Source: Lytechinus pictus (lineage: Eukaryota). From it: 64,000 nt of DNA. Within the stretch, counting starts at the first letter, position 1; each line of letters starts with the position of its first letter. Under the pieces are notes generated by a model. That model had not been told where the DNA came from, made no database searches, and saw only the letters and a program-made list of their open reading frames with translations. Where the stretch lies: contig NC_087249.1 in NCBI RefSeq assembly GCF_037042905.1, positions 9,116,001-9,180,000 of the forward strand. The letters run 5' to 3'. Both the position numbers and the translations under genes were made by a program. Below, in pieces: positions 11,031-24,925 of this stretch.

Positions 11031-13104
11031 ATCCCAAAAGTTGCACTTATGGTTTAAATATGCACAGTTGTAATGATTTTCTCACAGGCTGTATGAGTGA
11101 CAACACCCTATAAAAATATTGTGATAGAGAAAAATGCAACAAAAAGAAACATGTCTTTGCATGCCTCACCCATGATTAAATATGTTATTTGTTAAAAGAG
11201 CAAACTTGGAATGAAACTGCTAATTCCCTTTCAAATTGCATATTTTCTGTGTATTTATTGTATCACAACAAGATATGCATGTCTTTTAATATGACTATGA
11301 AACTGCAGTGAATTATTGGTCAGAAAATCTTTGTAGCATGAAAAAAAAAATCATATCACGCTATTATTACCTCACATATACATATATATAAATTTTGTTT
11401 TATGTTTTGAAATTGTTTGTAGCATTAAAAAAATCAATTATCATATCTTAAGCACTGTAAATAGTGTGTATAAAATAAATTTTACTTGCCTTATAAGAGA
11501 TTACCTATATATCCTCCCACACCTCTTCCTAGATATTTTCTCAATTACTGATAAAATGTTATGGGAAAAAATGTCAACTATTTATTTGTGCATGTCTATG
11601 ATTACTTACTACTACTATTTAAAAAAATAGAAAAATATATATTTTTTCCCACAAGGCATGTAATATATAATTTTCTTGCTTTTCTACTCAATAATAGTGA
11701 TATTAATTTTGAGTAAATGCCTCGTAATGCATCTTTAATTACTTAGGGGCTGTTTCACAAAACTGCTTAGAGGCGAGCTTGACCTTACAAGCAACAAAGA
11801 TGTGAACTGCCATAAATGCCAAAGTATTCTGAAAAAAAAAAAAAGTCTAATAATCTATGAATGAGAATCGCACCTGTCTTGCCTTGCTCAATCTTTATCT
11901 TAAGGATGAACTCCCTCTGGTGTTAAGATATCATCGCTTTGCTTCTAAATTTCATTGCTGCTTCAAATAAGCATTCCTTATTAAATCCATAGAGGTTTAA
12001 AGCTTTCATACTGCCTATTTTAATCACTCATTGCTTCTCAAAATGGCAATAATTTGCTCATGAGAAAAGCTTGAAATCAAAATGGATGTATCGGGAAATT
12101 CATAATTTGCAAAATTTGATTTGAAATGTCCAATTTCCACATGTAGATAGTGAGCAAATGTTTTCATCTCATTGTTAATTGAAATTCAGTGTAGCCAATA
12201 TAACTTGTTAAAAAATAGTGAGGAAAAAAAATGCATTAACAGTGGAAATTATTTATGACGTGATAATTGATATGTTTCTATCATGGGAGGGGGGGAGGGA
12301 GGGAGGGGGACTCCTGGAAGCGTGTTTTGGATTTGTCCGTCCTGTTTTCATTCTAAAAAAAAAATTGATGGATCAAATTTAAACTTGATTAATGTGTGTA
12401 TGCTGGGTAGAAAATAGTATGATAAATTTTTGGAAATAGCAAGGTCAAAAGTCTCAAGTCATATGTACCAGGAAATCGCCAATTCTTACAATGAAATAGA
12501 CAATACAAGAAACAGTTTCATTGGTCAAATGCAAACTTGGCTCATGTATACACCTGTGGGAGTGATGTTGATTTAATTGCAATTCAGAAAAATCTGTCAT
12601 AAAAGATGGCTTGTTTTTTTGTAATAAACTGATAGATCAAATAATCTAATCATGCCTGGGGATGATTGTCTGATTAGAAAATCTGAAATTTGAAAGTGTA
12701 ATTTTCAAATTTGTCACTAGCGCTGTCATAAATTTCAACTATATGTAATCCATGTATGTTTACTGCAAGGATTTTTTTTTAAAGACCTAAAATGAGCTAA
12801 TTTTCACCATTTTATTAATTTACAGTTTTCTGCTTGATAAATTAAATTCTGTCCTTTTAGTTTTTTGCTTCTTTGACACCAATGTCATATACACGATGTC
12901 CCACATGCTTATTTTTTTATGTACATTGTTATGACTTTGAGCAAGATTATATTAATTCCTTGCTTTCTGGATTGTTTATTAACCTTCAGCAAATTGTTAC
13001 GAAAAATTCCCAAGTTCACTCTTAATTCAAAGCAACATTTATTTCACGTTGCTCAGTTATAAAACATGAGTTTCACTAATATTTTGAATTGTTTGTTTCC
13101 ACAG

Positions 13105-13181
13105 TGGATGTGACTTATCTCTTAGAGCAAGGTAAAAAGCAGAGGAAGAGACAGGCACCGGTAATGGAAGACTTCGTCTGA
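13105..13181 (+). CDS. ASH1L: ASH1L last coding exon (stop TGA 13179-13181)
   Basis: ccacag|TG acceptor. Encodes LDVTYLLEQGKKQRKRQAPVMEDFV*, matching the conserved ASH1L C-terminal DVTYLLE motif. Confidence 0.93.
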
Positions 13182-16100
13182 GTGTTACCATGGCGATTAG
13201 AATGACCAGGGATCATCGGGGGCGAAGCATTCGACTACACCCATCCGCCCACGCCGAAGGACTCGTGAGGCGATGTATTACCATGGAAACGACAGAAGCA
13301 GGAAACCAGGGAAGCCATACTTGATGCGACTAGGTTGGATTCCGATGAAATCAAAGAAAAAAGAAAGGTCTTGCGAGAGCAGACGGTACACAGCGGCGAT
13401 CTGGATTTGAAATGACTAAAGAAGAGTTCTCATGTTGGAAACATTTATGAACTAATTCAGGAAATGTGGTAGTTATTGGTGTAACTTATGTCGGTATAGG
13501 TAATGATAGCTTGTTGATATCATCACATGATTATAAAGACATCTAAGGTCAAAACCGAAAGAAATCGAGACATTTGGAAGATAAAGCAGAATGTTTATGC
13601 CCCTTCTCTTGAAAGTTACTACTATAGTCTGGCCCATCCGATACTACAGTATGTACAACATATTGGATTAAAAAGAGAATTTTGTTTTAAAGGCAGAGGA
13701 AACGGAAGTGGGAGAGAATCATTAAAATTCTTCCAGATTATGGTAAAGAATTTCAACACAACAAAGAAATGCTTGTATTGGATAAAAGTTGAGTTAATCC
13801 AAAGGGTGTTTTTAACTGGATTGTATTAATCTAAAGATTATATTAGAAGCCATCATATTTTTTCACCAACACTGAGCAATTTGGGTGGAGGTTGCAGCGT
13901 TGGAATGAGATTTCAGAGTTTTATGATGTAGTGTGAAAGATAACCGCACACAAAAAGTTTGTGAAGCGTTAGAGACGTCGTCAGGGGTCAGAGATTTCCT
14001 CCCGTAACGGTAACGATCGTCAAGATTGGAATTTGTACTTGGAATCATGATTGAAATCACAGTGAACGGGATCGATTGTAAAGCAACAATTCATGACAGA
14101 GCTACTTTCTTCTCTCTATGAGTGTATTATGTTTTCATGTGTATCATAATATTCTCTGACATGAAGTCTTGTTTCATTTTTATTCATTATAACCAAAAGA
14201 AATATTTGATTGTTTCATTCTGTGGTTTTATTCTGTGATTTATAATGAACTCATTGTGAATAATCAGATTGTTTCTTCGCAATTTTCAAATCACTTCTAA
14301 TCCTGTCAAAGAAAATCATGTTTTCAGTGCTATTGTACCAAAGATTGTAGCTTATTGAGACAACCTTTCCTGATATTCATATGGAAATATTGAAAATGAT
14401 TATATAAAGACAATTGCTATAGTAATAATTGTTTCATAGTCATTGCTTATAACGTAGAAGGAATATTTTCTGAAATATGAATTCATAGCCAAGATCAACA
14501 TAACTACATGTAGTTTGGATAAATGAAGTATACAAGAGAACCATGTACTTACAAATTACATGTTCATTTATCTCATGATTTTACTGTTTGTACAAAATGA
14601 AGAATTCAGCTATATTTCAAATCCTGAATTATGAAATCATGTTTGATTAATTTTTTAGATGCTTTCCAAATTTGACAAACATGGCGTGTATGACGTACTT
14701 GTGATTATTCGATGCTCAAAGATCTCTGAAACTGATTGATGAGATTCATTTATTTTGAAAATGAAATCTTGATGTATGCTATATACTATTCATATATTTT
14801 ACTCGAATCATGAAATTCTATTATCATACGTGACTGGTTATGTCATATTTTATGTCTTCATGTACTTGTGAAAATATCACTCATGCATAGATACAGTACA
14901 TATATGTTCTATTTTTTTTCTTCAATTATTTGCAATGGCATATTTGAATATGCTGTAATGAAATATATTGCAACATAATGCTTCTCAATAACTGGAAATT
15001 GTGAAATAAAACAGTTACTTCTACTTTTTATTGCATTTATGTGATGTAGGAGACATTAAGTTACAGAATGTTAAGACTTATCAACCAAAATGAAGTCCCC
15101 TGTTTTTGTTGAATTTATGGAAAAATGTATCTATTACATACAATTAAAGTCATATTTTTTTTTATTTTTTTTTTGTTAAAAGAGTTCTTGAAACGCTTGT
15201 TTGTGATAAGCTTCTAGAACCTCATTAGGGCATCCTGATTATTGCAGATGCAATTAGGATCAGATATACATGTAGATCATCATGACTGGCAGGATGGAAA
15301 CCTTATTTTTATGACCATTACGGAGGAAATGAAGAAAAGGACAATAGATTGTGTAGTAATAATAACCAGCATTTAACAATAATATATCACAGTGTTTACA
15401 GACAATAAGCACCAAAATGCGTAAAAATTACAATACAAATACGTATACAAAAGATAGATGATCAAAATATGTATTGTGTGTGTGTGTTAATTTTGTATGG
15501 GCTTGAGGGGATTAAATAGATTGTCTGCTCTCAATCTGGCTCCCCTCCCCCCACACTCTTGCTTCACTTATGAACATGTCTTCATCTTATCTTGGAGTAT
15601 ATGGTAACATAATATCTATCATTTTCTTAAAGACTACTCCAGAGGTCAAACCTCTCATTTTGATATTTGTTTAGAGTATGGTTTTATCTTCGATGAATGA
15701 AAATGTGTGGATGTGTGAAATCTTATTATCGATTTCAACAGTAGAATGTCAATTGGAGCTGATTTATTATAAGAATCGGATATATTTGAAGTCTACCACC
15801 GACATTGAATATGATGTGTGTATTTGAATCGTGGTTAGTGTAGTCTTCGTTTGATAGGGATATATAAAACTATATATCTTTTCTAAGCAAAGTACTTGTA
15901 AATTTGTATTACTGAGATATGCAAGTCGTTAAGGGTGGACAGTCAAATTGAATCATCAGAAAATTGTGGGGTAAAATGATTTCATTGATCCAAAGGGAAT
16001 TTTGTGTGTTAAAGTTCTTTTAACAATGTATATTATTCCCATATTTTGAGCAAACGTACATTAATTCTGACCCATTTTCATGTTTTAACATTCGTAGTTT

Positions 16101-17200
16101 TGTGTTGATAATGTAAAGCAAACTCCAGTGTATTTGTTGGATTGGAAATGCAGAAGGTATTCAGAAAGATTTTGAAAATTGATGCAAATAGGACGTGCTA
16201 GGTGTTTTAATCTTTCTTGATTTTAGTTAGTTGTCGTTGATCTGTATGGTGCAATTTATTCTTCAAAAGGGTGGTGGTCTTTTTGTCTCATATATTCTCT
16301 GTTGTGTTTTGAAGTAATCACAATGTTAGTTTGAAATTAAATTTTGTTCTAAATGTGTGTATACATTCTTGTTCAAATAACTAACTTTTTTTTTCCTGTT
16401 AATATAACACTGCCCTATAAATACATTTTTGAACTTGTACTCAAGACGCTTTAGTATGTATGGAGTATATAATTTTTATTTGATATTTTTTTCTTCATTT
16501 TAACCCCGACTACCTAGTAGTCGACGCTTGTATATAACTGAAATGTTGGTGATGCCTTCTTGTATGAAATTGTATTTATTAGACATTCTACATTTAAAAT
16601 ATTTGAATGGAATGTAATTATTTGGTCATTATTTTAGAAATTTGAAATCAAAGCTGGCTAATATTGTCATTTTATTAAAGGGGACATTTTTTTTTAAAAA
16701 AATGTATGCAGCTGGATATGAAATTCAACCTAAACTGTGGTCCCCTTTTCCCACCCAAAATGTACTTTTTGTTGTAAATATCAAATATTTTCATGACTAG
16801 GTACTACAAAACATGCATTTAAAACATTGTTTGAAACAAAATAAAAAAATGTTATGAAAATGCAACAACAACAAAAAAGAAATAAGTGAAACGAGGATGA
16901 CAGAGATTTGATCTTGAAGATATCTTCAGACCAGACAATTTGAAATGAAATTTTAGATCACTATTTTTTGGGGAAAAAATTTGACTTGTATATGATGTGA
17001 ACATAACATTTTGTATATAATATGTGTGATAAAACTGAAATTGAATTTGTGTCCAGGTTGTCGTTTTTCGTTTGTTTCATGCTCATATATATATTGTGTA
17101 AAGAAATGGAAGACATAGCAAAGAGGTTTTTTCATAAGCCCAGATATTCTATTAATCTGTTTGTGTACAAATTAAAAATTAGAAAACAGTGGAAGGCTAT
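13182..17200 (+). other. Probable long 3' UTR of ASH1L (end uncertain)
   Basis: TG/T-rich non-coding sequence after the stop. Candidate poly(A) signals AATAAA at about 15005 and 16840, and ATTAAA at about 17170. Confidence 0.45.
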
Positions 17201-17414
17201 CGTGTGTAATTGTTATTAATTAGTGACTGCGTATCATTCAGAAAAACACAAGTTTCAACTGTTGGCTTCAACTCGGGGGGAAAAGGAGGGAGAGAGAGAG
17301 ACTTGATGTTTCATCATCACCGTCATCAAAACCACACTCATCAATCACTATCTGTATTACTGAGAATGATTCATTTTTCTTTGCTGAGATGTTGCAACAT
17401 TTGCACTGGTCTAA

Positions 17415-17883
17415 GAGGGGAAATTCACCCTGAAGAAAAGTTTGTTGTAAAAAATGGCAGAAAAAATAATTCAAAATGGTGGCAAAGGTTTGCGGAAAAT
17501 CCATTAAAGATTAAGTTAATAGAATTTTTTCTGTGTGTGATATGTGACATCATAAGCCAGCAGATGCCCCATGTGTTTATGTAATATAAAATGCTTTTTT
17601 TTTTTTCAATGGTTCGTGATGACATATTTGTTTTATTTTTAGGAATGGATATGAAATGATTTGTTGACTACTGAAGGTAAAGTACAAATAATTTTCAATT
17701 GTCCGAGAAAATGACATTTCATTGATCTTTCATCGTATGCTATGTAGAAATGCTGCTTTGCATACAACATCACAAATAAAATTCTAATTACTTTTTATTG
17801 ATGGATTTTCCTCAACCTTCAACAATATTTATCATTCTTTTCTATTTTTACAATAAACTTTTAGTCAGGATGAACTTCCCCCT
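17415..17883 (+). mobile_element. TTAA-type (Kolobok/T2-like) MITE, family D (diverged)
   Basis: aggggaaattcaccctgaagaaaagtttg ... tcaggatgaacttccccct. Homologous to 51405-52410 and 63827-64000. Confidence 0.8.
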
Positions 17884-18964
17884 TTACCGGTAATTGCTTA
17901 GAGGGCATAGGGTTGGTTCAGAATAATATTAGTTTTAAGTTGACATGCAGATTTTCCATTAGAGCAAATATCATCGAACCACAGCTAAACTTGTACACAT
18001 AAGAAATGCAAGACTACAAAATAAATCTTTTATTTTTTTTTATTTGCAACACCCATTGGAATAGATTATAATACACACTTTGAGTGTGATGATGCAGAGA
18101 TAATATATGCAATACTTTTTGTTTCTTGGAAACACTTTTTAAAAAGCAACATCAAATTCATTTTTTTTCCATAACAAAATAGTAACCTCTGAGAGATCAT
18201 CTAAATCATCTCTATTTAAATGGCATTTTTGTTGTTTTAACACACTTTTTATACACACATCTTTTCAGTATATCGACATATACACATTGTACTGAATATA
18301 TAAAGAAACACTTCATTGTCTTATGAGATGAATAAATGAGCACTGGTATATTTACTGCTAGCAATATACAAGAAGGCGTCAAGTTTTGTTCAACTGAGAA
18401 ACATTACAACAATTCCTTAAAAAGTTTTTGTATATTCATTATGTAATTCTGACTCTGGAGGATAAAAAACATGGTGTCTTGATTAATTCACATTAAGAAA
18501 TGCTTGCGTGTAAGCCAGTATGTTGATACGGCATTCTTATACTATTTTTAAGAAGCAAAATGGTTCCTTTTATTCAAATTGTCTATACAATTTTTTTTCA
18601 TGGAAACTGTTAAATAACAATGTTTTTTATTCTTTAAAAAAAAAAAGCTGCCAAAACACCAATTTAAGGCATAACAGAATGCAAATTTATTTGAAATAAC
18701 ACTGGACAAAATATCAGAGCATCTTTTCCAAAAGCATAAACATTAACACAATACCATACTAGGAAAATAAATAGAAATGAAATTTATTCACACATTTCAG
18801 CAACCCACTGAGCAATCATCAACGGCCCAACACGATGAAGAACCAAGGAATTAATTCTGGTGGACACAAATGAGATCTGTATTCCTTAACTTTCAAATAA
18901 TATCATCTTTAAAATTCAGTGAGCAAAAACACTGAATTTAACATTTTGTGAAAAAAGTTAGTTG

Positions 18965-19107
18965 TGCTCAAAGTTAGTGAACCCCACCGCAAAATGCACT
19001 CCTAGCAGAGCGTTGAATGTAGACAACAAACCTGACTTCACAATTAAATATCTAAAACCTAGCAGAACTTCATCCTCTTCTGGTAGGGTTCACTAACTTT
19101 TGAGCTC
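18965..19107. mobile_element. Small palindromic element
   Basis: gctcaaagttagtgaacccca ... tagggttcactaactttttgagc inverted repeat. Confidence 0.65.
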
Positions 19108-19211
19108 ATCATGGATATCATTCCTTGTCGGATTTTGATGAAAATTTCAGTGTCCATTGTCTGATTTGTCTTCATCTGTTCAAATAGTAAATATCTTTAA
19201 CCTGGGATTGG

Positions 19212-19470
19212 CCTTACAAAGAGTTATGATTGATCCAATCAACCACAACTATGGAAAGCAACGTCAACATCCAAAATATATGTTAGTTCAAAATATTTTC
19301 TAGATATGTATATTATACATTCAGTGTTTTCTTGACAATTCAGTAAGCTTCTCTTCGTCTTCGAAGGATATTGTGCAAATTTCCTATTTAAATAACAAAA
19401 GTATGGAATTGATGGATTTCCATATACTTGAGGTTGATCAGATCAATCGTAACTCGTAAGACAGGGCCCC
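19212..19470 (-). mobile_element. Harbinger-like MITE, family F
   Basis: cttacaaagagttatgattgatcc ... gatcaatcgtaactcgtaagacagggccc. Inverted relative to 24655-24925 and 55197-55471. Confidence 0.8.
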
Positions 19471-19992
19471 TGATGTACATAACCATTCTTGCTATTCCCA
19501 ATGGAATGAAAATTTTTAAATGTCAACACAATGATTAAACCCTGGGGCATCCATTCAGACAAGATTAAAAACAAGGATTATTAGATATTTTCATCTTCCA
19601 TAGAATGTTTTTTTAACTCCACAATATTACATCCATGAACCATTTCATAGAGAAATAAATCACCTTGTAATCTGTATAACTTTATGTACACTGCATGTTT
19701 CAGTTGAATGTCATCTTTTTCAAAATTATGCTTTAAAGGTTAGCATCGGTATTACATCTGATACGGGCTTCATTTGTCCCTGTTTTACACAATAAGCAAC
19801 TTTTAAAAAGCCAAAGAAATGACAGCCAGCAACTTATTTTTTTTGTGCTTAAAAGAAATTTTCTTAAATGTAATATCATAACAACCATATGAATGATGCT
19901 AGGGTTTTTTCATTTGAAATGATGGACAAATGCTTGACAGTAACAATATACTGAACTTCCATGTTCCCATTAAGTTTCATCTATTATTTTGC

Positions 19993-20280
19993 TAATAATA
20001 ACGCAGTTCTTGTATAGCGCATATCACATTATGTCATAACGTCCCTATGCGCTTCCGAAGGACTTGGACATTATTACCCTGGCTTTAGCCCCGCAGCCTT
20101 TGAAAGCGTGGTGGCATTTCAAGGAAAAAATTCCTGCCAGGTACCCATTCATCTCACCTGGGTTGAGTGCAGCATAATGTGGATGAATTTCTTGCTGAAG
20201 GAAATTACGCCATGGCTGGGATTCGAACCCACGACCCTCTGTTTCAAAGTCAGAAGACTAATCCACTGCGCCACAACGCT
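19993..20280 (-). mobile_element. tRNA-derived SINE, near full length
   Basis: Reverse complement: box A gtggcgcagtgg, box B ggttcgaatccc, core acccaggtgagatgaatgggtacc, LINE-like tail gcgctatacaagaactgcg(tta)n. Confidence 0.9.
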
Positions 20281-21079
20281 AGTGAAGGCATAGTGCAGAA
20301 AAACATGTTGAAGTACATTATGGAAAAGATGCACGTAGAATAAAGTGAATGAAAATGATACCACAAAATATGATTGGAGAAAAAAATATGGAAGAATAGA
20401 TAATGAGAGAACGATAAAGGCAAGAAATACTGGCCTTGACAATATAGTTGACAGCTGTGAATTCTTTACATATCGTTTTTTTTCTGTAGATGGTATAAGA
20501 TTATTATATTTTATTGTAAAGTGCATCGAGAATTTAGTATTAATTATTATGCGCTTAATGAATCTAACATTATCTGCATGAAACAGAATACAAATAGGGA
20601 AAAGGCTTGAGTGCGATGGTGCGAGATTTCGCATGAGGTGAAAAAGAGTGTCTCTTTCTTTCACCGAATGCGAAATCTGCACCATTGCACGTATAAGAAT
20701 TATTCGCCAAAATACGAGCAATTATAACAGTTTTTCCTGTGTTAATCTATGAAAGAAAAAGTTATTGAAAGCAAAATCCCTCAAACAAGCATCTGATCTG
20801 CAGCAGCAATGCGCATTTAGCCAGTAAGCCTTAGGTGTATATTGCACCTGCATTTACTAAGCGCAATGCATTGAATCCTAATATTTATAGTGACATCACC
20901 TTGTTCCTGCCCGTGAAACGGTACATTACGGACAATACAATTTGGACTGTATGTGTGAAATGGTATGAATGTGTGACATTCAGCCTCCCATTCGCGTACA
21001 AGTTTAGTAGGTGTCTACAATACCGGTATGTAACCAAAGCAACAGAATTGTTCTAACTCTTTGATTATTGACAGAAATA

Positions 21080-21368
21080 TTAACGAGTTTTTGCAATCAC
21101 GACAGGGACAGATTCTACAACACAGAAAATCTATTGAAAATGCCCATCAAATCACGATAAACAGTGGAGAGGTCTTTGTCAAAAAAACTGTTGAACCCGG
21201 GGTAAGCTCACAAAAACTTGCAAATATGTTGTTTGTCCAGAGTCTTAAGATGAAACTGCTGTTTTGACTCACCAATTTTTGACAGGGACTGGTTAGTCTC
21301 GAAGGGCTTTTAACAATAGATTTTCTGTGGTGAAGAATCCTTCCCCGCTGTGATTGTGAAAACTCTTT
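21080..21368. mobile_element. Palindromic MITE-like element
   Basis: gagtttttgcaatcac...cacagaaaatctattg inverted against caatagattttctgtg...gtgattgtgaaaactc. Confidence 0.7.
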
Positions 21369-21529
21369 ATATGTACATATTGACCTACCCAGTAGAGAAT
21401 TAAGAACAAGAGCCTGGATACAAAAAAGTGTAGCTAAAACCTTACGAGAAAGCAATGACAATGTCCGACAAAATAAATTTTTACAAGCAGAATTTGGATA
21501 ATGCAATTGTTAACGAGCAGTGGACTTCA

Positions 21530-21850
21530 TGGCCCGTATTCTAAACCCGGGTGTAAAATCAACTCTTTTTAATAATTTGAGGTTTATCTATGAATAGCCA
21601 ACTGAGACCAGATCTAAAATTAAATCTATACCGCTCGATATACCGGCAAATTTTGAGCTAAATATATTTGTTCATAAATATCTCGGAATAATGACAGTTT
21701 TCTTCACCATTATTAAGCCGTGGGAAAGATCCCAGGAATAACAAGAAAAATTACAGTGTGAAAACAAATAATTTACTTTTTTAGCTATCCATAATATAAG
21801 CCCAGACTTGGACCATGGTTTCAGTTAAACTAGAGTTCAGATTACGGCCC
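21530..21850. mobile_element. Harbinger-like MITE (diverged)
   Basis: cat|ggcccgtattct ... agattacggcc|cat termini with a possible 3-bp duplication. Confidence 0.6.
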
Positions 21851-23324
21851 ATGTATTCATAAGAAAATGTTTTTATTTAAAAAACAAAAACGCAATATTT
21901 CTTGAGGACGAGTATCAAACTAAAGACCAGGCTCTACATAGAGCACCGTGCAAAATGTAAATATAAATTTCATATACTGTATATAAACATGTTATATATA
22001 TACTGAATGCCATTTCATCAAAAAGTGCTTTTAGACTCACAATTTTATCTATGAGCACTAGTACACTTTAAAATTCCAAAAATGTTATAAAATTGAACAA
22101 AACTGAAGGAAATCTCTAAATTCTTCAGAAAACTTTTCAAGAGTCACACACAGAGGTTTAAGACATTGCTATTTTTGTAGCCAAGATGAATTCTGCATTA
22201 GTTTTACCAGTTTTGTGAAATTACACTAACAGGTACAATGTATACATGGCAATGGCTAACTAGAAAACAGAAAAAAAAAAAAAAAATTTGAACAATTTGA
22301 AACAAAACTCAATTCAACTTTCAAAACTAATATCTTTGGATAAACCAGAACCCAAAACAAGAGAAAGATATACATGTATGTATTTGCACAACTTTGTATA
22401 AACAAATGATAAATAAATTAATTGAAAATACAAGGTGTTCACATTCTGAACTAAATTGATTGTGAAAAATAAGTCAAATGACCAAAAAAAAATCTGTGGT
22501 CAATGTGTACCATTAACAAAAATTCAGATCCATTAAAGAAACTAAAATTCTGATCCGATATTCACAATGTCCAGACTAAGCATTATATATTTTTCAAATA
22601 TCCACATGTGTGTAAATGGGTGACATGTCCATCTTCTGGGTTTTGCTTAATGCCTGTGGGGGGAGGGGGGGTGGGGAGTCATATCCAAATGGCATACTAC
22701 ACTAAAATGTGTGTATTACAGTCAAGCTGCACATGATACACTATAGGAGGCTAAGATCGTAATTGAACAAACTTTCAATAGCTCTGCTAATATTGTATAG
22801 CAAGTCATGGGTCCATGGCTGGAGGAATAAAACTGAAAGTGAAAATTCATTCTAATTTCAGAAACGAAAGTTATATATGATGTTAATCAGAATTGCATAA
22901 CAAGGTCACAAAGATTTTATGAGAGTGTGTGAGAGTATTATAATAACAATCTCATATTCACATCCCTTGTAATAAATACACATGACATGAAATCCTTCCT
23001 GGTATCAGAATACACACAACTGCTGACACAGTTCTGCAAGGCATAACAACACATTTTCTCACAGCTCCAAGAAAGGCACATTTTCTTGTTTTTCAAAAGA
23101 CAGTAATATAGCTAGCTTGATCCAGTTGATTATTTAGAGAATCATGAGCCATGTAAAACAAGTATGCCAATCAACAAAACAAGTCGGTTATTTGGGCAAT
23201 GAAAACAATTATCATTAGGTAACCTATACCTTGTGGTTAAAAGCTGTTCGTATTTATGCATTCCTGGTATATTTTGTTTTAAGAGAGCTAAATCAGATTT
23301 TCAGTCATTATTATCAATGAAAAT

Positions 23325-23605
23325 AATAATAAGGCATTTACATAACGCCATTAATCTAGTAATAATGTATTCCAAGCACGCTAGATGTACATGTATTATT
23401 ATTATTACCCCAGCTTCAGCACGAGCTGCCTTCCAGTGCTCAGTGCATTTCAGGACTTGATCCTGCCGGGAATATACCCATTGAATGCAGCACAATGTGG
23501 GTAAATTCAAACCCAACGAAGGAAAACACGCCATGGCTTGGATTCGAACCCATGTCCCTCTGATTCAAGGATGAGAGTCATAACCACTAGGCCACCACAC
23601 CGCCG
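23325..23605 (-). mobile_element. tRNA-derived SINE
   Basis: Reverse complement: gtggtggcctagtggttatgactc...gggttcgaatccaagccatggcgtgttttccttc; same head as 62758-63043. Confidence 0.85.
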
Positions 23606-23635
23606 CATTATTGCAATCTCCTATGGTTGAAATCT

Positions 23636-23838
23636 GGGGGGGTCACAAAGGGTAATTATGACTTAAGGTCATGTTTTGGTGCTGACACGCTTCATTATTT
23701 AACACGCAATCTCATTGATTAATACGCAGTAGCGCGCGTCCTCTTATCGTGACTTGACCAATGCGGTGATGCCTGAGATTTGGCACGCAAATAGACTTTT
23801 AAGTGCGACTCTAATTCATACTTTTTGAAACACCACCA
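23636..23838. mobile_element. Harbinger-like MITE (diverged relative of 48978-49197)
   Basis: Shares acgcagtagcgcgcgtcctc, accaatgcggt and taagtgcgactcta in inverted orientation with 48978-49197. Confidence 0.7.
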
Positions 23839-24654
23839 AGATCTTTGTAGAATACAGATCTGATTTTAACAAGCATCTCAAAGCAAATTTATCATTTGTC
23901 AAAATTTGATAATGGCTGTAGGAATTAGGAACTTCATTCCAACCATAGATATTTAAAATTTGGGGCATTCTGACAGCACAAGAACAAATCACCGGTCGTG
24001 CATCAAGAGTTGTCTACAACTTACGGATAGCTTCAGGAAATGGCCTCTAATGTTACTGATATTACATAGGAAACCATTTATAAAACTTGCTATCGACAGT
24101 TGCAATCAACCGATGCATGTTATAGGAATAGTGCTATTTGAATGGCTGGGAGGAAGTCTGTAATTCATTTCTCATATCAGTTTTATTAATAACAGGTTTA
24201 ATGAAACAGGGCTTAAATTGGAAAGACGTGACAGCAGAACATATGACTATTTGTTCAATGTCACAAGAGAAAGCTTTGCTGCTTCTCAAACAACCAATAA
24301 TGTAATACAACATACACATTTTATAATCTACAAATTGTGCTGTGAGAGATTTTCAAGACAGAAAAAACACCTCATGATAACAAAGTCCCAATAAATGAGG
24401 GAAAAATAAATTCTTTCTCATTGTATAATTGTCTTGATATTGACAAATAATACTGAATGAAATTATGACAACATACAATTCTCAGCAACAATTATGATGC
24501 GCCTACAATGCTACGGTTTGGATTGTCATTGCATGTGGCAGACAATCCAGTCCTATCACGAGAATATGTAAATGAGAACACTGGCACAAAATAATTAACA
24601 GAGAGCAGGACACGGCAGAGTCAAAATGTTGAACTAATGGATAAAAATGGCCAG

Positions 24655-24925
24655 GGTCTCGTCTTACAAAGAGTTATAATTGATCCGAGCAACCTTAACT
24701 GGATGGAAATCCAACAACGTCATAATTTTTTTATCCAGGAAATATGCACAATGCCGTTTGTAAGCAAAGAAAATCACACTAAATTTTCAGGAAAACCATG
24801 AATGAATGACTTTACATCATATCTAGAAAATATTTCAAACAAACATACATGCTAGATGTTGACGTTGCTGGCCGTCAATAGTTGTGGGTGATCGGATCAA
24901 TCGTAACTCTTTGTAAGACGGAGCT
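24655..24925 (+). mobile_element. Harbinger-like MITE, family F
   Basis: cag|ggtctcgtcttacaaagagtta ... taactctttgtaagacggagct|cag; 3-bp CAG duplication. Confidence 0.85.

Noticed and set aside
13184..13292. X-box-like palindromes just after the ASH1L stop
   Set aside because: Imperfect matches; similar ccatgg-centred motifs occur in repeats here (e.g. 1530-1590), and nothing else supports them.
20149..20721. 190-aa hydrophobic minus-strand ORF
   Set aside because: It runs through a SINE and AT-rich repeat-like sequence, with no recognisable domain or exon structure.
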